From NCBI GenBank assembly GCA_041615815.1, contig JBFJCP010000014.1, positions 32,001 through 96,000 on the forward strand: a stretch of DNA of 64,000 nucleotides, in the 5' to 3' direction. A model generated the notes under the pieces. That model was not told the DNA's origin. It saw only the letters and a program-made list of their open reading frames with translations, and made no database searches. A program made the position numbers and the translations under genes. Origin of the DNA: Gemmatimonadales bacterium (lineage in GTDB: Bacteria > Gemmatimonadota > Gemmatimonadetes > Gemmatimonadales > GWC2-71-9). Of the stretch, positions 38,619 to 48,587 are shown one piece after another (positions within the stretch are counted from its first letter, which is position 1; each line of letters opens with the position of its first letter).

Positions 38619-39475
38619 GCAGCGGAATCCGACTCTCCGTCGGGAATGATCCATCCCTCGTCGAGTGCGGCTCGGCGGAGTCGGTTACGATCGCGGCGCC
38701 ACCACCACAGAATGGCGAGGAGCACGCCGACCACAGCCCAAAACGCCGAGAACGTGCTCATCAACAGCACCCATCCGTACCGATGACGCAGATCACGGCG
38801 CCAGCGATCTTCGAATTGTCCCAACGTGAGTTGATAGGTGGTCCGCAGGGCGCGATCGAAGTCGGACTCGCTCTTCAGCGTCGTGATGAGGGGCTCGAGA
38901 CCGCGCTCTCCGCCGAGGCGTTCCAGCAACAGCACGGCGGTGGCCGCCAACGCGTAACTGGTTTCCGCACTTGCGGCGGTCTCGCTCCGGAGCATGCGGT
39001 TCAAACCACCGAGCGTCGGCACATCCCCACGGAGCAAGGCCCAATTCACGCGCAAGGCGTCCAGGCGATTCCACTCGTCGGCAGCGCGCACGGCATACCC
39101 CTCGTCGAACCACCGGGGCACGACTGGGACCGCAGCGTGCAACGCCAGGTGCGCCAACTCGTGGCGGAGAATCTGCCGCGGGTCATCCACGAGACGCACG
39201 ATGACGAGATTGGCATGAGGAACGGCCGCACCGACTCCCCACTCCGGCAAGCGTCCGCGCGTCAGCGAATCGAACCGGCTGGCGTCACGGACGACAACGA
39301 CCCGAACCGCTGCGTCAAAGGGGTCGATGATACCGGGCCAGGGGCCCGCCCGATCCGCCAGCTCGGCCAACGCGGCTGCCGCATCTCGGTCGCCCGGCCA
39401 GTAGAGGGCGGTCACCCGGCCCACATGCACCCATGCCGGCTCCTGCACTAGCAGGAGCGTAGTAAGGAATAGCGT
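38615..39475 (-). CDS. MA-clan (HExxH) metallopeptidase-like protein with C-terminal TM; probable non-canonical start
   Basis: ILRHELAH...VPRWFDEGYA gluzincin-like motifs; the signal-like LFLTTLLLVQ begins at ACG 39475. Confidence 0.75.
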   Translation of the reverse strand, partial: TLFLTTLLLVQEPAWVHVGRVTALYWPGDRDAAAALAELADRAGPWPGIIDPFDAAVRVVVVRDASRFDSLTRGRLPEWGVGAAVPHANLVIVRLVDDPRQILRHELAHLALHAAVPVVPRWFDEGYAVRAADEWNRLDALRVNWALLRGDVPTLGGLNRMLRSETAASAETSYALAATAVLLLERLGGERGLEPLITTLKSESDFDRALRTTYQLTLGQFEDRWRRDLRHRYGWVLLMSTFSAFWAVVGVLLAILWWWRRDRNRLRRAALDEGWIIPDGESDSAA

Positions 39476-40338
39476 TAGCGTGGTGGCTCCTGCCCTGCCT
39501 CCACCTGCTCCAGGATGTCCTGGCACCGCTTGCCCCAAGGACTGTATTTGTTGGCCTTGAAACCGCTGGCCCAGGTTTGCTTGGCAAGCTCGTGATCTCC
39601 ACCGAACCACTGGGCCCGGCCCAGCTCGTAATAGGCTTCGATGAGATTGGGACCGAGCTTCAGCGTTTTTTCGAAGAAGGTGGTGGCATCTTCGTACATC
39701 TCACGTTCCAGGTACACCAAACCCAAGTAATAGTGCGCGTAGAGGGTGGCTTTCTTGTCGTTGTCGAGTCGGATCGCCTTGCTGAGGTGCTCGATGGCCT
39801 CGCCAAAGATCCGTTTCTTCAGACAGATGTATCCCACATTGATCCGGGCCAACGAATTGGCCGGCTCGGCCATCAGCACTTTCTGGAAGGTCCCGAGGGC
39901 TTCGTCGTAGTCCTCGCTCAGCATTTGCGCCCAACCGAGGAGCGACTGTGCCTGCGTATCGCCCGGTGCCAGCTCCAAAGCCCGGCTGAGGGCCTGGGTA
40001 GCAGCCCCGTAGTCGCCGAGGGAAATGAGGTGCCAACCCTTCTCGATGTAGGTGGAGGCACCGAGGTTGTCCACGCGGGCGGCCGGCGCCGCTCCGGTGA
40101 ACTGCGGAGCGCGATCCCCGGTCCATCCGGCCGCGATCTGCTTGTAGGTGTCAACCAGCTTCCGGATGTCCTCCTTCAGATCCGAGAGCTGGGCGATTTC
40201 GTAATCCACCGTCTTGAAGAGTTTGATGATCTCGCGTTTCACGGCCTCCCGGCTCTCGGCCGACGACCGCACGTTCTCCAACCGTTTGGCGATGGCGTCG
40301 TACTCCTCGCGCAGGGTCTGCACCATGGGCTCATTCAT
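39475..40338 (-). CDS. Coiled-coil plus TPR protein
   Basis: N-terminal heptad-rich helix followed by about five TPRs (AHYYLGLVYLER, AYYELGRA). Confidence 0.85.
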   Translation of the reverse strand: MNEPMVQTLREEYDAIAKRLENVRSSAESREAVKREIIKLFKTVDYEIAQLSDLKEDIRKLVDTYKQIAAGWTGDRAPQFTGAAPAARVDNLGASTYIEKGWHLISLGDYGAATQALSRALELAPGDTQAQSLLGWAQMLSEDYDEALGTFQKVLMAEPANSLARINVGYICLKKRIFGEAIEHLSKAIRLDNDKKATLYAHYYLGLVYLEREMYEDATTFFEKTLKLGPNLIEAYYELGRAQWFGGDHELAKQTWASGFKANKYSPWGKRCQDILEQVEAGQEPPR

Positions 40339-40807
40339 GACCTACCTCCACGGTGAGGGCCTCCAGGGCGATTCGCTCGGTGGAGGTGAGCAACTTGGAC
40401 GCGGCGAGGATGACCACCGTTCGTTGCCCCGACGACAGAATACCCGTGATGTACTCCGCCGCCAGGCCCCGAACCAGAGCGGGCGGCGGCGTGACGCGCT
40501 CGGCGTCGACCTTGAGCACCTCGAGGACGGCATCCACGACGACACCGACTCGGCCACTGTCGGATTCGACGATCATGATGCGCGTCTCATCGCGCACCGG
40601 CGCCTCGGCCCCCACCCGCGTGCGGAGATCGATGACCGGGACCACGGCCCCACCGTAGGGCAGCATGCCCTCCAGAAACTCTGGCGCCTTGGGAAGTGGC
40701 GCAGGCTCCTGATAACGCAGAATCCGCTCCACCTCGAAGACGTTGATCGCGAAATCGCGTCCACCGAGGCGAAACGTGACGAGCTGGACTTCGTCGCCGG
40801 CGCTCAC
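40331..40807 (-). CDS. cheW: CheW adaptor
   Basis: QLVTFRLG..FAINV..VERI, LPKAPEFLEG, VVPVIDLR, VGVVVDAV; GTG 40807. Confidence 0.9.
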   Translation of the reverse strand: MSAGDEVQLVTFRLGGRDFAINVFEVERILRYQEPAPLPKAPEFLEGMLPYGGAVVPVIDLRTRVGAEAPVRDETRIMIVESDSGRVGVVVDAVLEVLKVDAERVTPPPALVRGLAAEYITGILSSGQRTVVILAASKLLTSTERIALEALTVEVGHE

Positions 40808-41229
40808 GGGACGGCCACGGCCGAGGGCGGTGCCAGCCGTTCGGCGAGGTTCGCCACATCGATGATGGGGACGAGCCGTTCCGAGCGCGCGATTCCGAGC
40901 GCCCAGGGCAGCTGCCATCCCGCCGGCAGCGGCAGGTGATCCTCGCCCACCACGGTGTCGACGTCATCGACTTCGAACACGATCGGACCCGCGGGACAAT
41001 GGGTGAGCACCCCCGTCCCGCGAAGCGCCGCGGGCGGGCGATCGTGCGCGATGAGCGCGGCGAGGTCCACCAGCGGAATGAGCCGGTCGCCCACGGCAGT
41101 CACGCCGCGGACTGCGGGCAGGACGCCGGGTGCCCGGTACACAGCGTCCAGATCGAATACGTGATCGAGATCTTCCAGCCGGAAGCCGTACTGCTGGCCG
41201 TCGGTCCAGGCGAGGAGGTAGCCTTTCAT
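40804..41229 (-). CDS. cheW: CheW-like adaptor (divergent)
   Basis: [38 protein letters not shown]. Confidence 0.75.
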   Translation of the reverse strand: MKGYLLAWTDGQQYGFRLEDLDHVFDLDAVYRAPGVLPAVRGVTAVGDRLIPLVDLAALIAHDRPPAALRGTGVLTHCPAGPIVFEVDDVDTVVGEDHLPLPAGWQLPWALGIARSERLVPIIDVANLAERLAPPSAVAVP

Positions 41230-42305
41230 GCGGTGCGCATCCGCTCGAGCGCCTGGACGATCCGCCTAGCGAGGTGCGGCAGCGACACCGGTTCCTCCGC
41301 AGCCCCACTGCTGAGGGCGACCTGGGGCATGCCGAAGATGACCGCGGTTTCGCGATCCTGCGCCATCGTTCGTCCCCCGGCTTCTCGCATCGCCTGCAGT
41401 CCTTCCGCGCCGTCCCGGCCCATGCCCGTCAGCACGACGCCGACGGCGTCGCCTCCGAAGACCGTCGCCACCGATCGGAAGAGTGGATCGGCCGCCGGTC
41501 GCACGCCCCAGACCGGGACGTCGCGGCTGAGCGCCAGATACGGTCCGTCTTCATTCACAGCCACCCGCATATGATAATCTCCGGGGGCCACGTACGCCGT
41601 GTCTTGAAGGAGGGGGACGCCATCCTCCGCCTCGACCACACGGAGCTGGCTCGCGTGGTCGAGACGTTGCGCCAGGCTGCGGGTGAACTTGGGGGGCATG
41701 TGCTGCACGATGAGGATGGCCGCACCCTGGCCTGGGGTGATCCGGGGAACGATCTCGGCCAAGGCCCTCGGTCCCCCTGTGCTCGCGGCGAGCGCGACGA
41801 CCGCCCGGGCCCGACCCACGAGGGGAGGGCGCGGTGGTCGCGACGGCGCAGGTGCAATCCCCGCCAGCATCGGCACGCGATCCAGGTGGGCCTGGCGGGC
41901 CGCATCCAACGCGCCGAGCAGCCCATCGCGCAGGGTGTCGAGCGCCCCCGCGTCTCGACCTTCCGGTTTCGCCACGACTTCCACGGCGCCCAACTCGAGT
42001 GCGCGAATCGCCGCGTCGGTGCCCGGACCGACGTAGGCGCTCACCACCACGATTGGACGAGGCGCCTCGCTCATGATGTAGCCGATGGCATCGAGGCCGT
42101 CGAGACGGGGCATCTCGATATCCATCGTGACCAGGTCGGGCTCGTAGCGATGCGTCTTCTCGATGGCATCCTGCCCGTCACGGGCGGTCGCGACGACCCG
42201 GAAGGCGTCGCTGCAACCGATCAGGTCGGACAGGACTCGGCGCATGAACGCGCTGTCGTCGACCACCAGCACGGTGGTCCGGCCGTCAGAGCTCTTCGAC
42301 CGCAT
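41226..42305 (-). CDS. cheB: Chemotaxis methylesterase CheB (REC plus catalytic domain)
   Basis: [38 protein letters not shown] 42305. Confidence 0.96.
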   Translation of the reverse strand: MRSKSSDGRTTVLVVDDSAFMRRVLSDLIGCSDAFRVVATARDGQDAIEKTHRYEPDLVTMDIEMPRLDGLDAIGYIMSEAPRPIVVVSAYVGPGTDAAIRALELGAVEVVAKPEGRDAGALDTLRDGLLGALDAARQAHLDRVPMLAGIAPAPSRPPRPPLVGRARAVVALAASTGGPRALAEIVPRITPGQGAAILIVQHMPPKFTRSLAQRLDHASQLRVVEAEDGVPLLQDTAYVAPGDYHMRVAVNEDGPYLALSRDVPVWGVRPAADPLFRSVATVFGGDAVGVVLTGMGRDGAEGLQAMREAGGRTMAQDRETAVIFGMPQVALSSGAAEEPVSLPHLARRIVQALERMRTA

Positions 42306-42780
42306 GCCCGACGGACCGCACGTGCACCGTACCGTTGGCCACATCAAACCACACCGACCGGCCGGTCTCGCCACCCACCGCTTCCCCAACGATGGGGATG
42401 CCGGCGCTTCGCAGGCCGAACCGGCAGGCGACGACATTGCGCTCGCCGATGTGAATGGTCCCCGCTTGGAGGAGATCAGCGAACATGCTCGCGCCTCCAA
42501 TGAGGCGCGCCGTCACGCGGCGGACATCCGCGCCGCACTCCCGCATCTGCGCCACGGTGTGGGGTATGGCCGTATCCGCGGCCCGACCGGGATGGGCCGG
42601 ATGCTTGGAGAGCGCGCGTGTGGGGAGGAGGACGTGCGCCAACGCCCCGACCTGCGTGGCCTCGTCGTACAAGATGACCGCTACGCAGCTGCCAAGGCCC
42701 AACGCGGAGAGGGTACCGGTCCCGCGCGCAATGGCGACCTCACCCATCCGCACCAACCGCTGGTCGGGTATCGTGGTCAC
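42286..42780 (-). CDS. cheD: Chemoreceptor deamidase CheD
   Basis: [39 protein letters not shown] 42780. Confidence 0.92.
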   Translation of the reverse strand: MTTIPDQRLVRMGEVAIARGTGTLSALGLGSCVAVILYDEATQVGALAHVLLPTRALSKHPAHPGRAADTAIPHTVAQMRECGADVRRVTARLIGGASMFADLLQAGTIHIGERNVVACRFGLRSAGIPIVGEAVGGETGRSVWFDVANGTVHVRSVGHAVEEL

Positions 42781-43589
42781 GGACGGCGGTAGATGCGCTC
42801 CCGGGCGTTTTCCAGCACGAGTCGCTGCCGCGCCTCGCCAAACAGCACTTCCACCTTGCCGAGGATCAGGAATCCTCCCGGGCGCAGCGCATCGATGAAG
42901 CGGGCAAAGAGCCGGTCCTGACTGGGGCGGTCGAAGTAGATGACCACGTTGCGGCAGACGATGAGATCGTAGGGCGGCGACGGCGGTGGGTCTCGGAGCA
43001 CATCGTGCTGGGCGAATTGCACCAGGTCTCGGACGGCTGGAGCGACGATCCATCGCTCGCCCGGCGTGAAGTACCGGGCCATCACCTCGGGCGGCGTTTC
43101 CTCGAGCGTTCCCTGAGGATACGTGCCGCGGGCAGCGCGTTCGAGACTCTTGCGATCGAAATCCGTGGCGTCGATGGAGATGCGGACCGAATCGTCACCG
43201 GTCCGCCGGGCGTGCTCGAGAAACACGATGGCGAGCGTATACGGCTCTTCACCGGAGGCGCAACCGGCTGACCACACGCGCCGGTGCCCAGGTCCTCGCC
43301 CCCACAGTGCCGACACCACGTCCCGCATCACCACGTCCCACGTTTCGCGATTGCGAAAGAACTTCGTCACGTTGATCGTCAACGCTTCGAGCAGCCGGTC
43401 GTATTCGCCGCGGTCGTCGTCCAGTACCTCCGCATACTGGGCGTACGTGTGCACGCCCCGGGCCCGCATGCGAACGGCGATCCGCCGGCGCAGACAACTC
43501 TCCTTGTACGACTCGCACCATACGCCGCGCTCGGCTGCGACCTTTCCCATCAATCGGACCAGGTCCGCATCCCGCTCGTTGGGCTTCAC
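42777..43589 (-). CDS. cheR: Chemotaxis methyltransferase CheR
   Basis: TINVTKFFRN, WSAGCASGEEPY, CRNVVIYFD. Confidence 0.96.
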   Translation of the reverse strand: MKPNERDADLVRLMGKVAAERGVWCESYKESCLRRRIAVRMRARGVHTYAQYAEVLDDDRGEYDRLLEALTINVTKFFRNRETWDVVMRDVVSALWGRGPGHRRVWSAGCASGEEPYTLAIVFLEHARRTGDDSVRISIDATDFDRKSLERAARGTYPQGTLEETPPEVMARYFTPGERWIVAPAVRDLVQFAQHDVLRDPPPSPPYDLIVCRNVVIYFDRPSQDRLFARFIDALRPGGFLILGKVEVLFGEARQRLVLENARERIYRRP

Positions 43590-45205
43590 TTGAGGGCTTG
43601 CATGGTTTCGAGGTTCGCCCGGGCCAACTCGTGATTCGGGTTCAGCTCGAGCACCATCTGCCAGAGGCTCGCTGCCCCGTCGTGGTCATGTTGCTTGTAG
43701 GCGATGTTGCCCAACCGGAAGTAGACGTCCTCCCCGAGCTTGGGATCGAGGCGAACCGCTCGCTGGTAGCTGTCCCACGCGTCGTTGAAGCGGCCAGCCC
43801 GATAGAACAGGTCACCCAGATTCTTGGAGATTTGGGGCAGCGAAGGGTCGTCGGTGAGCGCTTGTTCCAGTACTTCCTGGGCGTCGTCGCGATCGCCGCG
43901 CACTTCCAGGAGGACCGCAAGGTTGTTACGCAGCACGACCTGATCGGGGAACTGCTCGAGCCCCTCGCGGATGAGACGCTCGGACTCGTCGTACCGCTCC
44001 AGACCTGCCGCCGCGAGCGAGCGCGCCCAATACCACAGTTCGGTGAGCGCGCGGTCCCGAGCGACCTCACGCGCGCGGTCGAGCCGACCCGCCGCCACCT
44101 CGCAATCGCCACGGCGCAGAGCCGCCACTCCCCAGCCGGTGAGCACTCGGGGATCGTGGCGCGCCTTCGAGGCCGCTTCGGCGTACACACTTTCGGCTTC
44201 CTCGAGCCGGTCCGCCTTCTCATAGCTGAGCGCCAGGTTGTACAGGATCGACGGCTTGGGCCCCTCCCGCTCCGCCGCCTTCTTGAGGAGTTCCGCCGCC
44301 TCGGACCACCGCGCCTGTTTGAGCGCGATCAAACCCAAATGGAACCACGCCGACCCGTCCTCCGGCCGGAGCTCGACGACCTGCCGGAACTCGCGTGCCG
44401 ATTCATCCAACATCCCGGCCTTGAAGAAGGCGACCCCGAGATTCCGGTGCTCGCCCATGCGCGTGTCACTGACCTCTTCGGTCGGGGGCGCTTGACTGCG
44501 CCCCGTGGGGTGCAGAAAGCCGGCGGTCAGGAGCCCATACAGCGCCTTGCCCACGTCGAACTCGTTCATCCCCGAATCTTCGACCACGTGTGCCACGTCC
44601 CGCACGCCGTCTACGAGCGGCAGAATACGCTCTTGCTCCGATGTCAGCGTGACGTCCGAGCTGCTGAGCCGGCCACGGTCGACGGAAAAGATGATATCGA
44701 ACGACGGAATCTTCTTTTCGATGAGGCTCCACTCGTCCACGCGGCGAGCGCCCTCCAGCAACAACGATTCCGGATTGATGGAGATGGCGAAATCGTGCCG
44801 GTCGGGACGCACGTCGCCTTCGAACTGGAAGTTTCCGCTGGACCAGGTGAAGAGATTGTAGACGGCCTCCTCGATCTGCACCCGCACGTAGTGCTCGAGG
44901 TCGTCTCGCGAGAGCGCGCCCTGCTGCACCAGGATTTGTCCCAATCGTTGGTCCGGCGTTCGCCCTTGCTGCTCCACCGCGGCCACGAGCTCCTGCTGGG
45001 TGATCTTGTCGTTCTTGACCAGGATATCGCCGAGGCGATCGCGTCGATTCACGATCATCGCGTCCGCGATCCGTCCCCGTTCGAAGTAGATGTGCCCCAG
45101 ATTCTGCCGATCGCTGATGGTCAGGCATCCCGTCTTCTGCCCGAGGGCGAGGAGCTGGAGCACGTCGGGAAGTGACGCCTCTTTGAGGCTGCCGCGGATG
45201 GCCAC
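43586..45205 (-). CDS. DUF4388/PATAN domain, MshEN-like motifs and TPR repeats
   Basis: GSLKEASLPDVLQLL...KTGCL, RLGxxL repeats, LFTWSSGNFQFE, LLLEGARRVDEW, C-terminal TPRs. Confidence 0.85.
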   Translation of the reverse strand: MAIRGSLKEASLPDVLQLLALGQKTGCLTISDRQNLGHIYFERGRIADAMIVNRRDRLGDILVKNDKITQQELVAAVEQQGRTPDQRLGQILVQQGALSRDDLEHYVRVQIEEAVYNLFTWSSGNFQFEGDVRPDRHDFAISINPESLLLEGARRVDEWSLIEKKIPSFDIIFSVDRGRLSSSDVTLTSEQERILPLVDGVRDVAHVVEDSGMNEFDVGKALYGLLTAGFLHPTGRSQAPPTEEVSDTRMGEHRNLGVAFFKAGMLDESAREFRQVVELRPEDGSAWFHLGLIALKQARWSEAAELLKKAAEREGPKPSILYNLALSYEKADRLEEAESVYAEAASKARHDPRVLTGWGVAALRRGDCEVAAGRLDRAREVARDRALTELWYWARSLAAAGLERYDESERLIREGLEQFPDQVVLRNNLAVLLEVRGDRDDAQEVLEQALTDDPSLPQISKNLGDLFYRAGRFNDAWDSYQRAVRLDPKLGEDVYFRLGNIAYKQHDHDGAASLWQMVLELNPNHELARANLETMQALK

Positions 45206-47169
45206 TAGTACATCTCCTCGATGGCCCGCTCACCGGGATCGGGCCAGGTCCACACCATCTTCTCACGGCTGGTGACCCCACCCCGCGGCGACGCGATGAC
45301 ACCACTGGTGCGCATGCCGGTGGGCCGCGGCCGGACGGGTTGCGCTCCCTCTACTAGCTCGCGAGCCAGGCTCACCGACGGCGACACGCCCCGCGTCTCC
45401 GCGGTGTCGAGCACGCGCTGGACCATGCCGACCACCGCTCGAATCCCGTCGGCCGAGCGGGCTGCGAGGTAGTCCGCGAGGTCGTCACTCACCTCACCAT
45501 GCCGCTCCTTGAGCTTGCGGGCCACGATGGCGCGCCGCAGCTCGCGGTCCGGCGTCCCGATGGCGACCACCTGTCCCATTTCCAAGAGCGCCGCGAGTTC
45601 CCCGCCAAGACCTTCCGAGACGCGGGGCGCGGTGGTGAGCGTGACCACCACCTGTCGGTGCGATGCCCGGAACTGCGCGATGAGATGGGCCAGCTCTTCC
45701 TGCGGACGCTCCTTGCCAGCCAGCAGCTGCACGTCATCCAGCAAGAACGCGGTCACGGGTTGATAGCGGGACAGCCAGATGCCCAGTCGGTCACCCTCGA
45801 GCGCGTCCTCGAGCTCGTCTTCGAATTGTTGGGCGGAGAAGCACGCGACCATGGCGCTGGGCTTGGCGGCGAGGGCGTTGCCGATCGCGTGGAGCAAGTG
45901 CGTCTTGCCGACCCCGCTGGGACCCACCAGAACCACGAGGGGCCGTTCCACACCCGGCGCCTCGAGCGCGACACGAGCCGCTTGGAGTGCCGCGCGATTG
46001 GCCTCTCCCTCCACGTAGGTCTCGAACCGCCATGCCGCCGACGGCGCGGGCGGGGGAACCTGATGCTTGGTCGCCTCTTGCACGAGCGCCTCGGCTTCCG
46101 CCACGCGGTCCGGATCGGTGAACGCCGGGTCTTCCACCCGAGCGGGATCGACGGTTTGCATGACACCAGCCAGCGAGCGAAGACGTTTCACATCGCGCTC
46201 GAACTCGCGCAGGGCCTGGTCGACGGCGACCGAGACGTCCTGGAGCAACAGCTGTTCGAGCCGCGCCGTGCGATACCCCTCTTGCTGCCACCGCTCGATC
46301 CCCGCCTCGAGACGGGTCCGCCACTGCTCGACCTGGTGCTCCACGGCCTCGGTGACGTCGGACAAGAATGCCGCGAACTCGTCACGCGACGGCGCGGCTC
46401 CAGCTCCCACCGGCATCGGCGTGCCACCCCCCACCGCCGCAAGGGCGGCGCCCTCTCCCGCCACCAACGCCTGGACCATGTCCGCATTCAGGGCCTGCTC
46501 GCTCACCGCCTGAAGCGCGACAACGCGATTCAGATAGCCGAGGAGCTCGCGAATGCTCGAGACTTCGAGCCGCGCCAATGTCTCGACCACGTCTGCAGCC
46601 AATTCGGCGCCGCGTTCCCGGGCGCGTTGTTCCAGCACGGCAATTCGCGTCTGGAACTCTGGGAGGCCGATGTCCACCACCAGACCGCCGGCCAGGTTGG
46701 CGCGGAGCTGATCGTCGAGATCCTCGATCTCCGACGGCGCCTTGGTGCCCGTCAACACGACCTGCTTACCCGACTGCTGGAGCTGGGTCAGCACTCGGGA
46801 GAGCTCGCTCTGGAGGTCGGTCCGACGGGAGAGATACTGTACGTCGTCGAGCAACAAGAAATCGACCTGGCTGAAGCGGTTGCGGAACGCTTCTGTCTGT
46901 CCCGCGGCGGCGGCGGCCTGGAACGCCTCCTGAAACTCCTCCAGCGACAGGTAGGTCACGGTGCTGGCGGGCGTGAGCATGTTGGCCAGCTGACCGATGG
47001 CCATCACGAGGTGCGTCTTCCCGAGACCCGGGCCCCCATGAATCACCAAGGGGTTGTACGCGGTCCCCGGCGCCTCGGCCACGGCGCGTGCAGCGCTGAC
47101 GGCCAGTTGATTGGCCGGCCCCACGACGAAGGTGCCGAACGTGTACCGCGGATTGAGGCCCGCCGTCAC
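45205..47169 (-). CDS. Tandem DnaA/Hda-like AAA+ ATPase (two ATPase modules, no domain I or IV)
   Basis: [29 protein letters not shown]; second copy [27 protein letters not shown]. Confidence 0.85.
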   Translation of the reverse strand: MTAGLNPRYTFGTFVVGPANQLAVSAARAVAEAPGTAYNPLVIHGGPGLGKTHLVMAIGQLANMLTPASTVTYLSLEEFQEAFQAAAAAGQTEAFRNRFSQVDFLLLDDVQYLSRRTDLQSELSRVLTQLQQSGKQVVLTGTKAPSEIEDLDDQLRANLAGGLVVDIGLPEFQTRIAVLEQRARERGAELAADVVETLARLEVSSIRELLGYLNRVVALQAVSEQALNADMVQALVAGEGAALAAVGGGTPMPVGAGAAPSRDEFAAFLSDVTEAVEHQVEQWRTRLEAGIERWQQEGYRTARLEQLLLQDVSVAVDQALREFERDVKRLRSLAGVMQTVDPARVEDPAFTDPDRVAEAEALVQEATKHQVPPPAPSAAWRFETYVEGEANRAALQAARVALEAPGVERPLVVLVGPSGVGKTHLLHAIGNALAAKPSAMVACFSAQQFEDELEDALEGDRLGIWLSRYQPVTAFLLDDVQLLAGKERPQEELAHLIAQFRASHRQVVVTLTTAPRVSEGLGGELAALLEMGQVVAIGTPDRELRRAIVARKLKERHGEVSDDLADYLAARSADGIRAVVGMVQRVLDTAETRGVSPSVSLARELVEGAQPVRPRPTGMRTSGVIASPRGGVTSREKMVWTWPDPGERAIEEMY

Positions 47170-47765
47170 GCCGGCGTCTCCTGGCTCAGTCTCCGGAGCA
47201 CTCGCTCCGAAACCGCCTTGAGGGTCTCGAAGATCCCACTGCCGTTGAGCGCCTCGGCCGAGAAGCTCGGCACGCCTCGGAAGTTCAGGGCGTCGTCGAG
47301 TTCTTCGGGCGAGAGAATGAGATCTCTGGGCAGATCTTGCTTGTTGTACTGCAGCACCAACGGCAGCTCCCGGATGTCGACGCCTTGCTCCAGGAGGTTG
47401 ATCTGTAGGTTCTGCATGCTCTCGAGATTCTCGTCGAGCTGCCGCGCTTGGGAGTCGGCGACGAAGACCACACCATCGGCGCCTTGGAGCACGAGCTTGC
47501 GCGTGGCGTCGTAGTAGACCTGCCCGGGCACCGTGTACAGCTGAAAGCGGGTGGTGAAGCCCGAAATGGCACCGAGCTCGAGGGGCAGAAAATCGAAGAA
47601 CAACGTGCGATCCGTTTGGGTCGCCAGCGACACCATTCGGCCCCGCCGACCCTCGGGTACTCGGGCGTAGATATACTGCAGATTCGTCGTCTTGCCGGAC
47701 CGACCGGGCCCGTAGTAGACGATCTTACAGGTGATCTCGCGGGTGGTGAAATTCACGAGGGACAT
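47166..47765 (-). CDS. mglA: Ras-like small GTPase MglA
   Basis: [53 protein letters not shown] 47765. Confidence 0.95.
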   Translation of the reverse strand: MSLVNFTTREITCKIVYYGPGRSGKTTNLQYIYARVPEGRRGRMVSLATQTDRTLFFDFLPLELGAISGFTTRFQLYTVPGQVYYDATRKLVLQGADGVVFVADSQARQLDENLESMQNLQINLLEQGVDIRELPLVLQYNKQDLPRDLILSPEELDDALNFRGVPSFSAEALNGSGIFETLKAVSERVLRRLSQETPA

Positions 47766-47769
47766 GGGA

Positions 47770-48240
47770 TCACCGTCCGAAGAGGGCCGCGAGGCTCTCG
47801 TTGAGCTCACGCTCGAAGTCTTTGGCGAGCACGAGTTTTTTGGCCGTGGGCTCGGGGCTGGCTTCGAGCAGCTCGCGCACGAGCTCTTCGAAAAACAGTT
47901 GCACCAACCCCACCGAGGAGTCTCCGCCATACACGGCAAGGAGCAGCATGCGCCCCCGCGGCAGCTCGAAGCCGCCGAGGAAAACACCGTGTTGCGCGCC
48001 CTGATGATTCAGGGACTGGAACGACGCGTCGCTGAGCATCTTCGCGATTTCCCTGCTCGACGACATGATGGCCGCGCCAAGGGCCGCAGCGGACATCACG
48101 TCCACAGCGCGCGTGAACCCGTGTTGCGCGAGCACCTGACCGGCCGGCGTCATGAGGAGCGTCAACCGAGCCTGGCTTTCCCGTACGAACCGCTCCAACG
48201 GTTCGACGGTCCACGGCTCGACCGCCCGGGTGAGATTCAC
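47770..48240 (-). CDS. mglB: MglB-like Roadblock/LC7 GAP
   Basis: AGQVLAQHG...[20 protein letters not shown]...F.SLNHQG, SSVGLV, C-terminal helix ending LFG; directly upstream of mglA; GTG 48240. Confidence 0.85.
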   Translation of the reverse strand: MNLTRAVEPWTVEPLERFVRESQARLTLLMTPAGQVLAQHGFTRAVDVMSAAALGAAIMSSSREIAKMLSDASFQSLNHQGAQHGVFLGGFELPRGRMLLLAVYGGDSSVGLVQLFFEELVRELLEASPEPTAKKLVLAKDFERELNESLAALFGR

Positions 48241-48587
48241 ACGACCGCCTCGGCGACCCGCCGCATTTCCAACCGAAGCAGTCCGATATTCACGTCCCGA
48301 TCCCCCACGGCCACCACCAGCACGCCATCCGGTGCCGGAACGGCCAGAATGGTCCCCCCGTGCGCCTGGAGATGGAGAAACCGCGGAACCCCTCCCCCCG
48401 CGGCTTCGCTTGCCTTTCGCAACCGCTTGGCGAGGCTCGCCGCCAACGCCGCCACGGCGTTGCCGCGCACGCCTTCCATGAGCGACTCGGCCACGACGAG
48501 TCCGTCCTCGCCGGCCACCAGCATCGCACCGCGCACTCCCCGAATGCGGGTGATCCGTTCCAACGCATCCGTGAACGCGAGCGTCAC
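48237..48587 (-). CDS. Roadblock/LC7 protein (MglB/MglC-like)
   Basis: GVRGAMLVAGEDGLVV, AVAALAASL, VNIGLLRLEM; GTG 48587. Confidence 0.85.
   Translation of the reverse strand: MTLAFTDALERITRIRGVRGAMLVAGEDGLVVAESLMEGVRGNAVAALAASLAKRLRKASEAAGGGVPRFLHLQAHGGTILAVPAPDGVLVVAVGDRDVNIGLLRLEMRRVAEAVV

Noticed and set aside
45205..47169. Calling this gene dnaA or placing oriC here
   Set aside because: No domain IV, duplicated ATPase, no dnaN/recF/gyrB context, and no adjacent intergenic space for DnaA boxes.
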